NCBI GenBank assembly: GCA_040756235.1
Contig: JBFLZG010000033.1
Location: 1-64,000, forward strand
Origin: a bacterium
GTDB taxonomy: Bacteria; Desulfobacterota; DSWW01
DNA: 64,000 nt
Direction: 5' to 3'
Part shown: positions 11,228-21,292 of the stretch, piece by piece
Position numbering within the stretch: position 1 is the stretch's first letter
Layout of the letters: each line of letters starts with the position of its first letter
Position numbers and translations under genes: made by a program
Notes under the pieces: model-generated
The model's database searches: none
Told to the model about the DNA's origin: nothing
What the model saw: only the letters and a program-made list of their open reading frames with translations

Positions 11228-12325
11228 ATGGCAGCAAGCAGGGCGGAAGACGGCCATCTTTACGGGGTCATCATGGCCGGCGGTCGAGGCACCCGTTTCT
11301 GGCCAGCCAGCCGGCATGGCAGGCCCAAACAGCTCTTGCCGATCCTCGGCGATCGGCCTTTGCTGCGGCTGGCCGTGGAGCGGCTTCTCCCTCTGGTGCC
11401 CCCGGAAAGGATCCTCATCGTGACGGGCGCAGACCTCGCCTCTGCCGTGAAATCGATCGTCCCCGAGCTGCCGAAGGAGAATCTGCTCCTCGAACCCGAA
11501 GGACGGAACACCGCTCCCTGCATCGGCTGGGCCGCCCTCCACCTCCGGCAGCGGGCGGGAGATCCGGTGATGGCCGTGCTGCCGGCGGACCATCTCATCC
11601 GGGATGCCGTGGAATTTCGGAGGCTCCTCGAGGCGGCGGCCGCCTGGGCGGAAAAAGGCGACCGCCTGGTCACGCTGGCCATCCGGCCGGCCTATCCCGA
11701 GACCGGCTACGGCTACATCGACTTGGGCGCCTGCTGCGGGCACGTCCGCAGCGTTCCCGTCCACCGCGTTGCCGGTTTCCGAGAGAAACCGGATCGGGTC
11801 ACGGCAGAGAGCTTCCTCCGGGCCGGCACCTTCTTCTGGAACAGCGGAATCTTCGTGTGGAAAACCTCGACCATCCTCAAGGCGATCCAAGAGCATCTGC
11901 CGGGGCTTCATCAGGGACTGCAGGGTCTGCAGAAGGCCCTGTCGAAGGGCCGGGCGGACGAGGCGAAGCGCCTTTTTCGACAACTCCAGGCGATCTCCAT
12001 CGATTACGGGGTGATCGAGAAGGCGGAGGCCGTCTATGCCATCCAGGCCGCGTTCGGATGGGACGACGTCGGAAGCTGGGCCGCCGTCTACGACCAGATC
12101 TCCAAGGATGCCCGCGGCAACGCGAGCAGAGGGGACCTGATCGCGCTGCAGTCCACGGGATGCCTGGTGGATGCGCCCGACAAGCTGGTGGCGCTGGTCG
12201 GCGTGCAGGACCTGATCGTCGTGGATACCGGAGACGCCCTGCTGGTCTGCCGCAGAGACAAGTCCCAGCAGGTGCGGGAGATCGTGGAGGTCCTCAAACG
12301 GGAACGCGGCGGCCAGTGTCTGTGA
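11228..12325 (+). CDS. manC: Mannose-1-phosphate guanylyltransferase
   Basis: IMAGGRGTRFWPASR..PKQ, EPEGRNTA, PADH, ETGYGYI, FREKP, WNSG, SIDYGV, WDDVGSW. Confidence 0.93.
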   Translation: MAASRAEDGHLYGVIMAGGRGTRFWPASRHGRPKQLLPILGDRPLLRLAVERLLPLVPPERILIVTGADLASAVKSIVPELPKENLLLEPEGRNTAPCIGWAALHLRQRAGDPVMAVLPADHLIRDAVEFRRLLEAAAAWAEKGDRLVTLAIRPAYPETGYGYIDLGACCGHVRSVPVHRVAGFREKPDRVTAESFLRAGTFFWNSGIFVWKTSTILKAIQEHLPGLHQGLQGLQKALSKGRADEAKRLFRQLQAISIDYGVIEKAEAVYAIQAAFGWDDVGSWAAVYDQISKDARGNASRGDLIALQSTGCLVDAPDKLVALVGVQDLIVVDTGDALLVCRRDKSQQVREIVEVLKRERGGQCL

Positions 12326-12611
12326 AAAGAGCTCGCCGGGGCGACCGGCCGCTCGCCCCGGCTCGTATCGGTCATGGGTTCGATAGCAGCGAGGTGGCGG
12401 CGGACGATGATTGGCCAAAAACGTCATCTCCTGCAATCTTTTTCATGCGTGCGGACCGCAGTGGCGCACCCGCCGGGTCCTGACCCGTTCCTCACCGCCC
12501 CGAGCACAGGCCCTTCACTCATCCGACCGCCTTCATAACCCCCTGCCAATCCGTCTTTCTGATCATCGGCAAGGGGGCGGGGGCGGGCCCCGCCCATGCC
12601 AGCGCCGGAGC

Positions 12612-12627
12612 TGGCACATGGTTTGCC
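12612..12627 (+). promoter_or_regulatory. Putative sigma54 (-24/-12) promoter
   Basis: TGGCAC-ATGGT-TTGC, consensus GG-N10-GC, upstream of the signalling operon. Confidence 0.65.
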
Positions 12628-12803
12628 TCACCTCGGCCCGGAAGCCTGTGAAACCGGACCAGGCTTTCCGGGATCCGACGCAGGTCCCGCGGCTCGATCC
12701 GAAAGCTGCCACGCAGGAAAGCGAGCACGCCGCCGCCAGGAAGAAGCGGGTGCGCGCGGCAGCGAGCGGCCGCCTGCAGAACGTCGAGAGAAAGGGCAAG
12801 TGC

Positions 12804-13223
12804 ATGTATTCCGTGAGCTCGAGCCCGGAGTCGAGTGCCATACGAAGCGCACTCGCAACAGAGAAGAAGATCCTCGTCGTGGACGACGAGCCCTTCATCC
12901 TGAAGTCTCTGACCTTTGTGCTGAAGAAGGAGGGCTTTCACGTCGAGTCCGCCACCAACGGGATCGAAGCGATGGAAACGATCCAGAGAGAAAAGCCGGA
13001 CCTGGTCTTTCTGGACATCCTGATGCCCAAGATGAACGGCCTCGAGGTCTGTCAGTGGATTCGGCAGGATTCCCGACTGCAGGACATCTACGTCATCATC
13101 CTGACGGCGAAGGGACAGGAGGCGGACCGCGAAAAAGGGCTCAAGATCGGAGCGGACGAATACATGACCAAACCGTTCAGCCCTTCTTTCGTGGTGAAGC
13201 GGATCAAAGAGATCTTGACGTAG
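12804..13223 (+). CDS. Single-domain response regulator
   Basis: ILVVDDE, LVFLDILMP, ILTA, YMTKPF; no output domain. Confidence 0.9.
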   Translation: MYSVSSSPESSAIRSALATEKKILVVDDEPFILKSLTFVLKKEGFHVESATNGIEAMETIQREKPDLVFLDILMPKMNGLEVCQWIRQDSRLQDIYVIILTAKGQEADREKGLKIGADEYMTKPFSPSFVVKRIKEILT

Positions 13224-13503
13224 TCGTCCCCTGCGGTTTGCGAAGCTCGAATTCGTCCTTCCGGCTCCGGGGACCTGTCAGCTCCCCTGCGGCTCGAGTC
13301 AGGAGCCGGTTGCAAAGGCTCCGAACAGGCTGTTCGAATGCCCGAATGCAAGGCCGGCGAAAGAGAGCGGTCAGTTTCCAGTAGTCAGTCAACAGGCCTC
13401 CCGCTTCGGCCCCGAGGACCGCAAGGACTCGGTGCAACGACCTCGAATTACGGTTTCGGCCGACCTGCTGACCACTGACAGCTGACAAGGTGAGCGTGAA
13501 CGC

Positions 13504-15531
13504 ATGGAGATTCCGTTGCTCGGCTCCACGCCTCTTTCCTTCCTGGCTGGCCTGCCGGGCATATTGAGCATCCTGTTCGTCTTTGTCTCGCTGTGGATGC
13601 TGCTGGACGTGCCGTCCGGCCGCCACACCATCATGCTCGCGTCCTCGGTGGCGGTCTGGGCTTTCGGCTACGCCTTCACCCTGAACGCCGGGTCGCAGAC
13701 CGACGCCCTTTTCTGGGCCAAAGTCTCGACCTCCGCGCTCATCCTGTTTCCGGCCCTCTGCTATCTGTTCAACTCTTCCTTCGTCCGGCCGGAGGGCGTT
13801 TCGCGCCGCCGCATGCTTTCCCTGCTCCTGCTGGCCGCGTCTTTCGAGATCGCCCACTGGTCCGGTCCTTCTTTCATTATGGACATAGAACGCCATTCCT
13901 GGGGGTACTTCCCCACATATAGACTTCCTTTCCTGGCTTTCCTGGCGACCTTCGTCGCCACCTTCTACCTGATCCTCCGGGATTCCTGGAGGCACTACCG
14001 CGCCTCGGCCGGGCCGACGCGATCCAGAGACCTCATCCTGCTGGTGGCCTGGGTCCTGTGTTCCTGCGGAGGAGCCGATCTGCTCATCGGCTTCGGTGTC
14101 CCCCTCGTGCCGTTGAGCTTCGTGCCGGTGACGTTCTTCATCCTCATGGTCTTTCTGCTGCTTCTGCGCTACGGCACGCTCGGGTTCCTGCAGCACTGGA
14201 GTCTGAACTCCATCTTTCAATCCACGGCCGATTCGATGCTGCTGATCAACCGCGACGGAACGCTGCGCAGAGTGGACGGGCAGACTGCCGCCATTCTGGG
14301 CTGCACGGACGCGAACGAGCTCGAGGGCAGGAGCGTCAACGCGCTGTTCTCGCCCGACACGCCCCTGTTCCGGCCGGACGATCTGGACCGGCTCCCTCTG
14401 CCCCCCAACCCCGAGCCGCTTCACCTCGAGCTGCGGCCCCGGTCCGGAGAGCCGATTCCGATGCGGGTCCGTCTCTCCGGTGTTCAGAACAAGAAAGGGG
14501 AGCTCCTGGGGATGCTGGCCATCGGCAGGGACATCCGCGACGAGATCGAGAAGAACGAGAAGCTGAAGAAGGTCAATTTCGCGCTCATGGAGAAGGTCGC
14601 CGAAGTCGAAGAGCGCAAGGGAGCGCTGGCTCGTGCGAACCGGGAGCTGGAGGAAAGCCGTGCGGCCATCCTGGAAATCCTGCAGGACATGGAGGAATCC
14701 CACCGCAAGCTGGGTGAAGCCTACCAGAGGCTGGCGGAGATCGATCAGACCAAGGACGCCTTTCTCTCTTCGGTCTCCCACGAGCTGCGAACGCCCCTTT
14801 CGTCCATCCGCTCCTTTTCCGAGCTGCTCCTCCAGTATCCGGACGAGAACGAAGAAACCCGCAGGGAGTTCATCGGCATCATCCATCAGGAAAGCGAGAG
14901 GCTCACCCGGCTGGTCAACGATCTGCTGGATCTTTCCAAGATCGAATCCGGGAAACAGCACTGGCGCGACGAGAAGGTGGACATCCGGGCGGTCCTCGCG
15001 GCCGCCCAGCAGAACCTGTCGGTGCTCGCTCTCGAGAAGAACCTGTCGGTGCAAGTCGACGCCGGCGAGCACCTGCCGGCGCTGTTTGCGGATCGAGACC
15101 GGATCTATCAGGTGGTGTCCAACCTCTATACGAACGCGGTCAAGTTCACTCCTCAGGGGGGGAGCATTCGGCTGAGCGCGAGCCTGACGGCCGGCGCCGG
15201 CCCGGGCGGCGCCGCAACCATGCTCCTGGTGCGGGTATGCGACACCGGGTGCGGGATTCCCGAGAAAGACCTCCTGCGCATATTCGAGAAGTTCCAGCAG
15301 GGCGGGGACGGCCTGCGGGACAAGCCCAGGGGGACCGGGCTCGGCCTTGCCATCTGCAGGGAAATCGTTCAACATTACGGGGGCCGAATCTGGGCCGAGA
15401 ACAACCCGGGGGGAGGGTGCTGCTTTTTCTTCACGCTGCCCCTCCCGGCCGTCCCGTATCAGACAAAGGACCGTGGAGAAAAGCCACAGGCGGAGAATCT
15501 CTCCCCTGAGCCTTTCGTCTTTGATCTCTGA
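13504..15531 (+). CDS. Sensor histidine kinase (multi-TM N-terminus, PAS, HisKA, HATPase)
   Basis: About 7 hydrophobic helices; SHELRTPL; N-box NLYTNAVKFT, G1 DTGCGI, G2 GTGLGLAI. Confidence 0.92.
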   Translation: MEIPLLGSTPLSFLAGLPGILSILFVFVSLWMLLDVPSGRHTIMLASSVAVWAFGYAFTLNAGSQTDALFWAKVSTSALILFPALCYLFNSSFVRPEGVSRRRMLSLLLLAASFEIAHWSGPSFIMDIERHSWGYFPTYRLPFLAFLATFVATFYLILRDSWRHYRASAGPTRSRDLILLVAWVLCSCGGADLLIGFGVPLVPLSFVPVTFFILMVFLLLLRYGTLGFLQHWSLNSIFQSTADSMLLINRDGTLRRVDGQTAAILGCTDANELEGRSVNALFSPDTPLFRPDDLDRLPLPPNPEPLHLELRPRSGEPIPMRVRLSGVQNKKGELLGMLAIGRDIRDEIEKNEKLKKVNFALMEKVAEVEERKGALARANRELEESRAAILEILQDMEESHRKLGEAYQRLAEIDQTKDAFLSSVSHELRTPLSSIRSFSELLLQYPDENEETRREFIGIIHQESERLTRLVNDLLDLSKIESGKQHWRDEKVDIRAVLAAAQQNLSVLALEKNLSVQVDAGEHLPALFADRDRIYQVVSNLYTNAVKFTPQGGSIRLSASLTAGAGPGGAATMLLVRVCDTGCGIPEKDLLRIFEKFQQGGDGLRDKPRGTGLGLAICREIVQHYGGRIWAENNPGGGCCFFFTLPLPAVPYQTKDRGEKPQAENLSPEPFVFDL

Positions 15532-15615
15532 CCTTTCTCCCCTCGTCCAGGCTTATCGGGCCTTGTCCTTGCACCTTGACCGTTGACCCTTTCACCTTTG
15601 TTCGCAGGGGAAGCG

Positions 15616-17898
15616 ATGCCGGACAGCTGGGAAGGACGTGCGATCGAGGACCTGCTGGCCTCTTTTTCCGACGGCATCATCATTTCGGATGAGGACTCCT
15701 CCATTCTCTGGATGAATTCCGTGGCCGAGCGCCTGCTCGGCGTATCCACGCGGGAGTGGAGGGGGCGCCGGTCCCAAGCCCTTGCACAGGCGCGGCCTGA
15801 GCTGGCCTGGATCTTCGAGGACGAGAAGACGGAAGCGTCCCGCTGCTGGCAGGCCCTGAGCTGCAATGACCGGAACTGCCCGCTCTGGGGCGGCACCACG
15901 GAGGACTGCTGGGCCCACGCATCCAGGTCGGCCTCCTCCGGGGAGGGAACGGAGGACGCCGGGCCGGTGCGCGAGCTGCCGGAGAAGTGCTCCAGGTGTC
16001 AGGTGTACAAGTCCCATACGGTCTTGCGCGAGCGCGAGGTCCTGCGCGTCCCCTGCGAAAAGGTCATGCTGCAGCTTTCGAGCAGCATCGTCCGCAACCG
16101 CCAGGGTGCCGCCGTCGGCAGGCTGCGGATCCTGCGCGACGTGACCCGGGACCGCGAGCTCGCCAGGCTCAAGGACGACTTTCTGTCGGCCCTTTCCCAC
16201 GAGCTGCGCACCCCGCTGACGTCCATCCGTTCGTACGCGGAAATCCTCTTGAGCTATCCGGACACGGACCCGGAAACCCAAAAAGAGTTCCTGGGCGTGA
16301 TCCAGGCCGAGAGCGAACGGCTGGACCAGATGATCGACGACATGTCGGAGCTGCAGCGGCTGGAGCTGACCCGCTCGGTCTGGAACAATCAGCACATCCT
16401 GTTTCAGGACGTGGTCCAGAGCGCCCTGCGCGACCATGAGCGGGCCCTGGAAAAGAGGGGTATCCGCTGCCAGGTCGAAATCGACCCGAATGCCCCGCTG
16501 CTCTGGGCCGACTTCGACCGGCTGCACCGGGTGCTGAGCACGCTGCTGCGGAATCTGCAGAAGGTGACGGAGCCCGGAGGATCGATCCTGCTCCAGGCGG
16601 CGGCCGTAAGAGGGAAGAGAGAGGCGGATCGTACCAGCCTCATCCACGTGACGCTCTCGGCGAGCGGCGCGGCGGACGCACAGCCCGCGCAGCCAGGCGC
16701 GCTCGGCCAAGCCGATTCCGGTTCCCGGCGGATCTCCCTCGGCCACGAGAAGAGCATGGGGCTGGGCATCATCCTCTGCAAGCAGATCCTCGATCAGTGC
16801 GGCGGCAACCTGTGGACGGATAACGGCGCGGAAGGATCGGGCCACACGATCCACTTCATCCTTCCGGCCCTGGGCGGGAAGGCCCGGGTCGATCCGGATG
16901 AGCTCCGCTCCGCGGGCCCGATGGCCGCCGCGATTCCCTCCAAGCTCGAGAAAGGGAAGCGCGGGATTCTGGTCGTGGACGACGACCCGAGCCTGGTCAA
17001 CGCCCTGGTCTTTGCGCTGACCAAGGAGGGCTACAACGTCCACTCCTCCACCTCGGCTCGCCGTGCCCTGGAGATGGTCAAGCAGATCAAGCCGGACCTG
17101 ATCATCTCCGACATCACCATGCCGGAGATGGACGGCTACACGTTTCTGGAGGAGCTGCAGAAGGAGGAGTCCGCCAAGATGATCCCCTTCATCTTCGTCT
17201 CCGCCAGGGGAGAGCCGATGGACCGGATCCGGGGCCTGAAGACCGGAGTGGACGACTACCTGAGCAAGCCGTTCGAGATCAAGGAGCTGGCGGCCCGAGT
17301 GGAAGCGCTCCTGGCCCGAGTGGAAAGGCTGAAGGATCTGGCGCGCTTCGACGCACTCACGGGCGCGATGACGCGCCGGGCCTTCGAGGAGGCCCTTCCC
17401 CGGGAGCTCCGCAAGGCGCAGCTCAACCGACTGCCCCTGGCCATCGCCATGGGCGATCTGGACCATTTCAAGAGCGTCAACGACACCCACGGCCACCCGA
17501 TCGGCGACTTCGTCCTGCAGTCCTTCGTCCGCTTCCTGCAGAAGAACCTGCGGGACGATGCCATCCTGGTTCGCTACGGCGGCGAAGAATTCTGCATCGT
17601 GATGCCGGACGTGAAGAAACAGGTGGCGCAGGAAATCCTCGAGCGCATCCGCAGCATGCTCTCCGAGACTTCCTTCCGATACGAGAAGGAGAAGCTGCAA
17701 GTCCAGGTGACCTGCAGCTTCGGGGTCAGCGGTTTCCCCGAGGACAGCGGCAATCCCGAAGGGCTCATCGAAAAAGCCGATGAGGCGCTGTACGCCGCCA
17801 AGAACCTGGGTCGGAACAGGGTGGTCGTCTACGGCGAACCTGCCGCTCCGCACCCGACCCTGAAGCCCGAACGGCCCGACCCTGCCGGGCGGCCGTGA
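15616..17898 (+). CDS. Hybrid PAS / Cys-rich / HisKA / degenerate HATPase / REC / GGDEF diguanylate cyclase
   Basis: SHELRTPL; receiver ILVVDDD..IISDITMP..KPF; DALTG, DLDHFK.VND..GH..GD, RYGGEEF. Confidence 0.88.
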   Translation: MPDSWEGRAIEDLLASFSDGIIISDEDSSILWMNSVAERLLGVSTREWRGRRSQALAQARPELAWIFEDEKTEASRCWQALSCNDRNCPLWGGTTEDCWAHASRSASSGEGTEDAGPVRELPEKCSRCQVYKSHTVLREREVLRVPCEKVMLQLSSSIVRNRQGAAVGRLRILRDVTRDRELARLKDDFLSALSHELRTPLTSIRSYAEILLSYPDTDPETQKEFLGVIQAESERLDQMIDDMSELQRLELTRSVWNNQHILFQDVVQSALRDHERALEKRGIRCQVEIDPNAPLLWADFDRLHRVLSTLLRNLQKVTEPGGSILLQAAAVRGKREADRTSLIHVTLSASGAADAQPAQPGALGQADSGSRRISLGHEKSMGLGIILCKQILDQCGGNLWTDNGAEGSGHTIHFILPALGGKARVDPDELRSAGPMAAAIPSKLEKGKRGILVVDDDPSLVNALVFALTKEGYNVHSSTSARRALEMVKQIKPDLIISDITMPEMDGYTFLEELQKEESAKMIPFIFVSARGEPMDRIRGLKTGVDDYLSKPFEIKELAARVEALLARVERLKDLARFDALTGAMTRRAFEEALPRELRKAQLNRLPLAIAMGDLDHFKSVNDTHGHPIGDFVLQSFVRFLQKNLRDDAILVRYGGEEFCIVMPDVKKQVAQEILERIRSMLSETSFRYEKEKLQVQVTCSFGVSGFPEDSGNPEGLIEKADEALYAAKNLGRNRVVVYGEPAAPHPTLKPERPDPAGRP

Positions 17899-17914
17899 CC
17901 GACCGGATTCTGAC

Positions 17915-18484
17915 TTGCGGCTGACCTACGGATCCCGACGGGAGAAGACGCTGCTCCCGGCCGCCTTCCTGGCCGCCGCCGCGGCCGGGCTCGCGCTTCT
18001 GCTCGGGGAAGGTCTCGACCTCCTGCCTTTCCTCTGGCTCCCGCTCTATCTCGCGGGAAGCGGCCTCCTCCTCGGCGCCCTCTCCGTGCGCCCCCTGAGG
18101 GACAGCGCATTCGGGAATCTCCTGTACCGCGCGCTCCCGACGCTGCTCATCGCCGGGGCCATTCTGACCGCCTCTTCTCTTCCCATGGGGCCCGGCAAAG
18201 CCGTGAGCGTGCCGGACGACCTCCTCCACGGGCTGGAATACGCGGGGCTCGGGTTCCTCATGGCCCGCATGCTGCACCCTGCGGCCGCTCCCTTGCGCCT
18301 CCGGGCCCTCGTCCTGGCGGGCGCCATCGCCGTGCTCTTCGGAGCTCTCGACGAATTCCGCCAAAGCTTCGTCCCCGGCAGAGACCCCAGCCTGGCCGAT
18401 CTGAGGAGCGACGCGGTCGGCATTCTGGCCGGCGTGCTGAGCTACACCTTGCTCTACCTGCGGCGTGCAGAAGGGCCTGACTGA
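17915..18484 (+). CDS. VanZ family membrane protein
   Basis: D.LHGLEYAGLG, GALDEFRQSFVPGRDPS..DL..D..G. Confidence 0.8.
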   Translation: MRLTYGSRREKTLLPAAFLAAAAAGLALLLGEGLDLLPFLWLPLYLAGSGLLLGALSVRPLRDSAFGNLLYRALPTLLIAGAILTASSLPMGPGKAVSVPDDLLHGLEYAGLGFLMARMLHPAAAPLRLRALVLAGAIAVLFGALDEFRQSFVPGRDPSLADLRSDAVGILAGVLSYTLLYLRRAEGPD

Positions 18485-18607
18485 GGGTCCTCGCAGACCA
18501 GTGAATCGGTCCCATGCTCTTCGATGCAACCCCCCAAGCCTGCTGACGCCCTGCGCACCGGCTTGTCTCTCCATGCGGTTCGCCAGAGGGCGGCGGGGGG
18601 TTCTTCA

Positions 18608-18637
18608 TTGACGGATAGCAATCTATTTGTATAAGAT
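18608..18637 (+). promoter_or_regulatory. Possible sigma70 promoter for the lipoprotein pair
   Basis: TTGACG followed after 16-18 nt by TATAAG/TAAGAT in an AT-rich patch. Confidence 0.4.
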
Positions 18638-18831
18638 CCAGATTCGGTTGAACTACCATCGGGCAGCGCTGCCCCGCATGCAGGACGCCGTTCCGCAACG
18701 ATTCGGAGAATGCCTCACGGAGACCGGCAAGACCGTTGCCATGTTCCGTTGTTGGAGCCTCCAAGCGCAGTGCTTGAGGAGCAGTACTTCCATGTGGGTC
18801 TGAACAATTTCATGAATGGAGGAATGGAGGA

Positions 18832-19296
18832 ATGCGAACGCCCGGCCTGATCCTGTGCTCATTCATAGGGCTCGCGGTGTCGGCTGGCTGTATGAGTGCG
18901 GCTCAGCATCAACAGGAGTTGGGTTCGACAGCCGAAAGGGAAATGACCGTCGGCATCGTTCAAAAAGAGATCCGTGTCGGCATGTCCCAAGCGGATGTCG
19001 CATCGGCCCTGGGTTCTCCGAATATCGTAACGAGGGACAGCGAAGGCAAAGAGACCTGGGTCTACGACAAGATTGCCACGGAGGCATCGTTTTCTCGGAG
19101 CGGCGGCGGTCTGGGAGGCGGAGTCGGTGCCGGTGGAATCGCAGGTGACGCCCTCATTCTGGGAGGCGTAGGAGGCGGTTATTCCAAGAGCAGTGGTGCA
19201 GCGGCTACGACACAGAAAACGCTCACGGTCATGATCAAGTTTGACAAGAATACCAGCTTGGTGGAGTCGTTCTCTTACCACACCAGTAAATTCTAG
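18832..19296 (+). CDS. Lipoprotein, BamE/SmpA-like fold
   Basis: Lipobox-like SAGC; IRVGMSQADVASALGSPN..ETWVY motif; Gly-rich segment. Confidence 0.7.
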   Translation: MRTPGLILCSFIGLAVSAGCMSAAQHQQELGSTAEREMTVGIVQKEIRVGMSQADVASALGSPNIVTRDSEGKETWVYDKIATEASFSRSGGGLGGGVGAGGIAGDALILGGVGGGYSKSSGAAATTQKTLTVMIKFDKNTSLVESFSYHTSKF

Positions 19297-19313
19297 CTGC
19301 TGGGAGGCAGCCT

Positions 19314-19808
19314 ATGAAGAGAGCGGGCATCATCGCGATCGTAGGTTTCTTTTTCGTCGGCTGTGCCACTCCTGCAACAGCTCCCAAATCGCAATTGCAG
19401 ATACGTGAATTCCAGACGCGATCCTATGAGACCAAGGACACCATGATGGTGATGAAGGCCGTACTGAACACGCTTCAAGATGAAGGCTTCATCGTCAAGA
19501 ACGCCGTCCCCGAGCTTGGGCTCCTCACCGCTACAAAAGAGATGGACGTGGAAGACAAGACTCAGGCGATTCTCTTGCGCCTGCTTGGAGGGGCCAACGC
19601 CACCTGGCTGAAGAATTCCATCGTAGAGGCCACGGCCAATGTCAGTGACTTCGGATCCCAGACCCGCGTGCGTCTCAATTTTCAAGTGAAGACTTACGAC
19701 AACAGAGGTGCTGTACGGGAAGTGAAGCAGATTGAAGACGCCCAATTCTACCAGAATTTCTTCGCCAAAGTAGACAAGGGGATCTTCATCCAGAAGGAGA
19801 AATTGTGA
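19314..19808 (+). CDS. Conserved hypothetical lipoprotein
   Basis: Lipobox-like FVGC; GGAGG RBS; motifs QIREFQTRSY, LQDEGFIV, YQNFFAKVDKGIF. Confidence 0.7.
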   Translation: MKRAGIIAIVGFFFVGCATPATAPKSQLQIREFQTRSYETKDTMMVMKAVLNTLQDEGFIVKNAVPELGLLTATKEMDVEDKTQAILLRLLGGANATWLKNSIVEATANVSDFGSQTRVRLNFQVKTYDNRGAVREVKQIEDAQFYQNFFAKVDKGIFIQKEKL

Positions 19809-20251
19809 ACGAACCGGCCATCGTTCTTCGAAGAGCCAACAGGCCACCAGGGTCGCCCCGGGGCCCGATGCGTCGGTCGCCTGCTTGAAGTCTTGACTCT
19901 CCCTCATTCCCCTCGGCGCTCTCCCATTAGCTGATGTGGCCCTTGCCTGTCCGATCCCGTGCAGTCCAAGTGCGAGACGACCCCTCTCCTTCCGCAGAAT
20001 CCGCCTGGGCGATACCCGAAAGCCCCGGACATTCGTTGCCTCCTCAGAGATTCTGAGCCGAGGTCCGGGCCGGGGCAAGTGCGCATCCAACCCTAAAGGC
20101 CGTCTATTGCGGAGCCTCATCTCAAGGATGAGGAAGGAATCCCCGCGGCCGCGCGGGACCTTGTCCTTACTGCGCTTCGCCCATGTGTGCCCTCGGTAGC
20201 TCGCGGCAAGGCGGGTGCGCCGGAAAACGTGCGGAAAGAAGGAGACGAACG

Positions 20252-21292
20252 ATGCAGGGACGCGGCTACGGCGGTCGGGACGAGCCGCCCTCTTTGGACG
20301 AGGCCCGCGCGTGGCTGCGGCAGAAGTGGCGGGGGTTCAAAGGCGGCCCGGTGTTGCTGCCCATCCTCATTCTGGCAGCGGTGCTCCTGGCCTGGACGGC
20401 ATGGTTCACGGTCCAGCCGGAGGAGACGGGAGTCGTGCAGCGCTTCGGAAAGGTCGTGCGCTCGGCCGGGCCGGGCCTGCACTTCAAGCTGCCTTTCGGG
20501 ATCGAAAAGGTCCGCACGGTGCCCACGGCCCGCGTCCTCAAAGAGGAGTTCGGATTCCGGACTCTGGCCGCCGGCCAGGGGCAGCGGACGGAGTATTCGG
20601 AACGAGGCTACCAAACCGAATCGCTCATGCTGACCGGAGACCTCAACGTCATCGACGTCCAGTGGGTCGTCCAGTATCGGATCGAGGATCCCATCCAGTA
20701 CCTGTTCCACGTGCGGGACACCCCGAAGACGATTCGCGATATCACCGAGGCGATCATGCGACGGGTGGTTGGAAACCGGCTGGGCAGCGATGTGCTCACC
20801 GTGGGCCGGGTGGAGGTCGCCACCGAAGCGAGAGATGAGATCCAACAGGTGTTGGCCGAATATAAGACCGGCGTGCGACTGGTCACCGTGGAGCTCCAGG
20901 ACGTGACCCCCCCTGACGCGGTGAAGCCCGCCTTCAACGAGGTCAATGAAGCGCGTCAGGACAGGGAACGCACGATCAATCAGGCCGAGGAACAGGTGAA
21001 CCGGGAGATACCCAAGGCCCGGGGGGTGGCGGCTCAGAGCATCAGCGAGGCCGAGGGCTATGCGCTGGAAAGGGTCAATCGGGCCAGCGGGGAAGCCGAT
21101 CGTTTCGTAGCGATTCTCCAGGAGTATGAGCAGGCCCCGGAGGTCACACGCCGGCGCCTGTACCTGGAAGCCCTGAGCGGCTTCCTGGCGGAAATGAAGG
21201 GGCTCTACATCGTGGACCCGGAGCAGAGGGCCCTGGTGCCGTGGCTCTCCCTGGAGGCCGGTGCAAAGCCGACGGAAGGAGGCAAACCGTGA
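20252..21292 (+). CDS. hflK: FtsH protease modulator HflK
   Basis: SPFH domain; PGLHFKLPFGIE, MLTGDLNVIDVQW, V.PAFNEVNEARQ, IPKARG, PEVTRRRLYLE. Confidence 0.92.
   Translation: MQGRGYGGRDEPPSLDEARAWLRQKWRGFKGGPVLLPILILAAVLLAWTAWFTVQPEETGVVQRFGKVVRSAGPGLHFKLPFGIEKVRTVPTARVLKEEFGFRTLAAGQGQRTEYSERGYQTESLMLTGDLNVIDVQWVVQYRIEDPIQYLFHVRDTPKTIRDITEAIMRRVVGNRLGSDVLTVGRVEVATEARDEIQQVLAEYKTGVRLVTVELQDVTPPDAVKPAFNEVNEARQDRERTINQAEEQVNREIPKARGVAAQSISEAEGYALERVNRASGEADRFVAILQEYEQAPEVTRRRLYLEALSGFLAEMKGLYIVDPEQRALVPWLSLEAGAKPTEGGKP

Noticed and set aside
12376..12390. GGTTCGA as a tRNA T-loop
   Set aside because: No cloverleaf or acceptor stem could be built around it.
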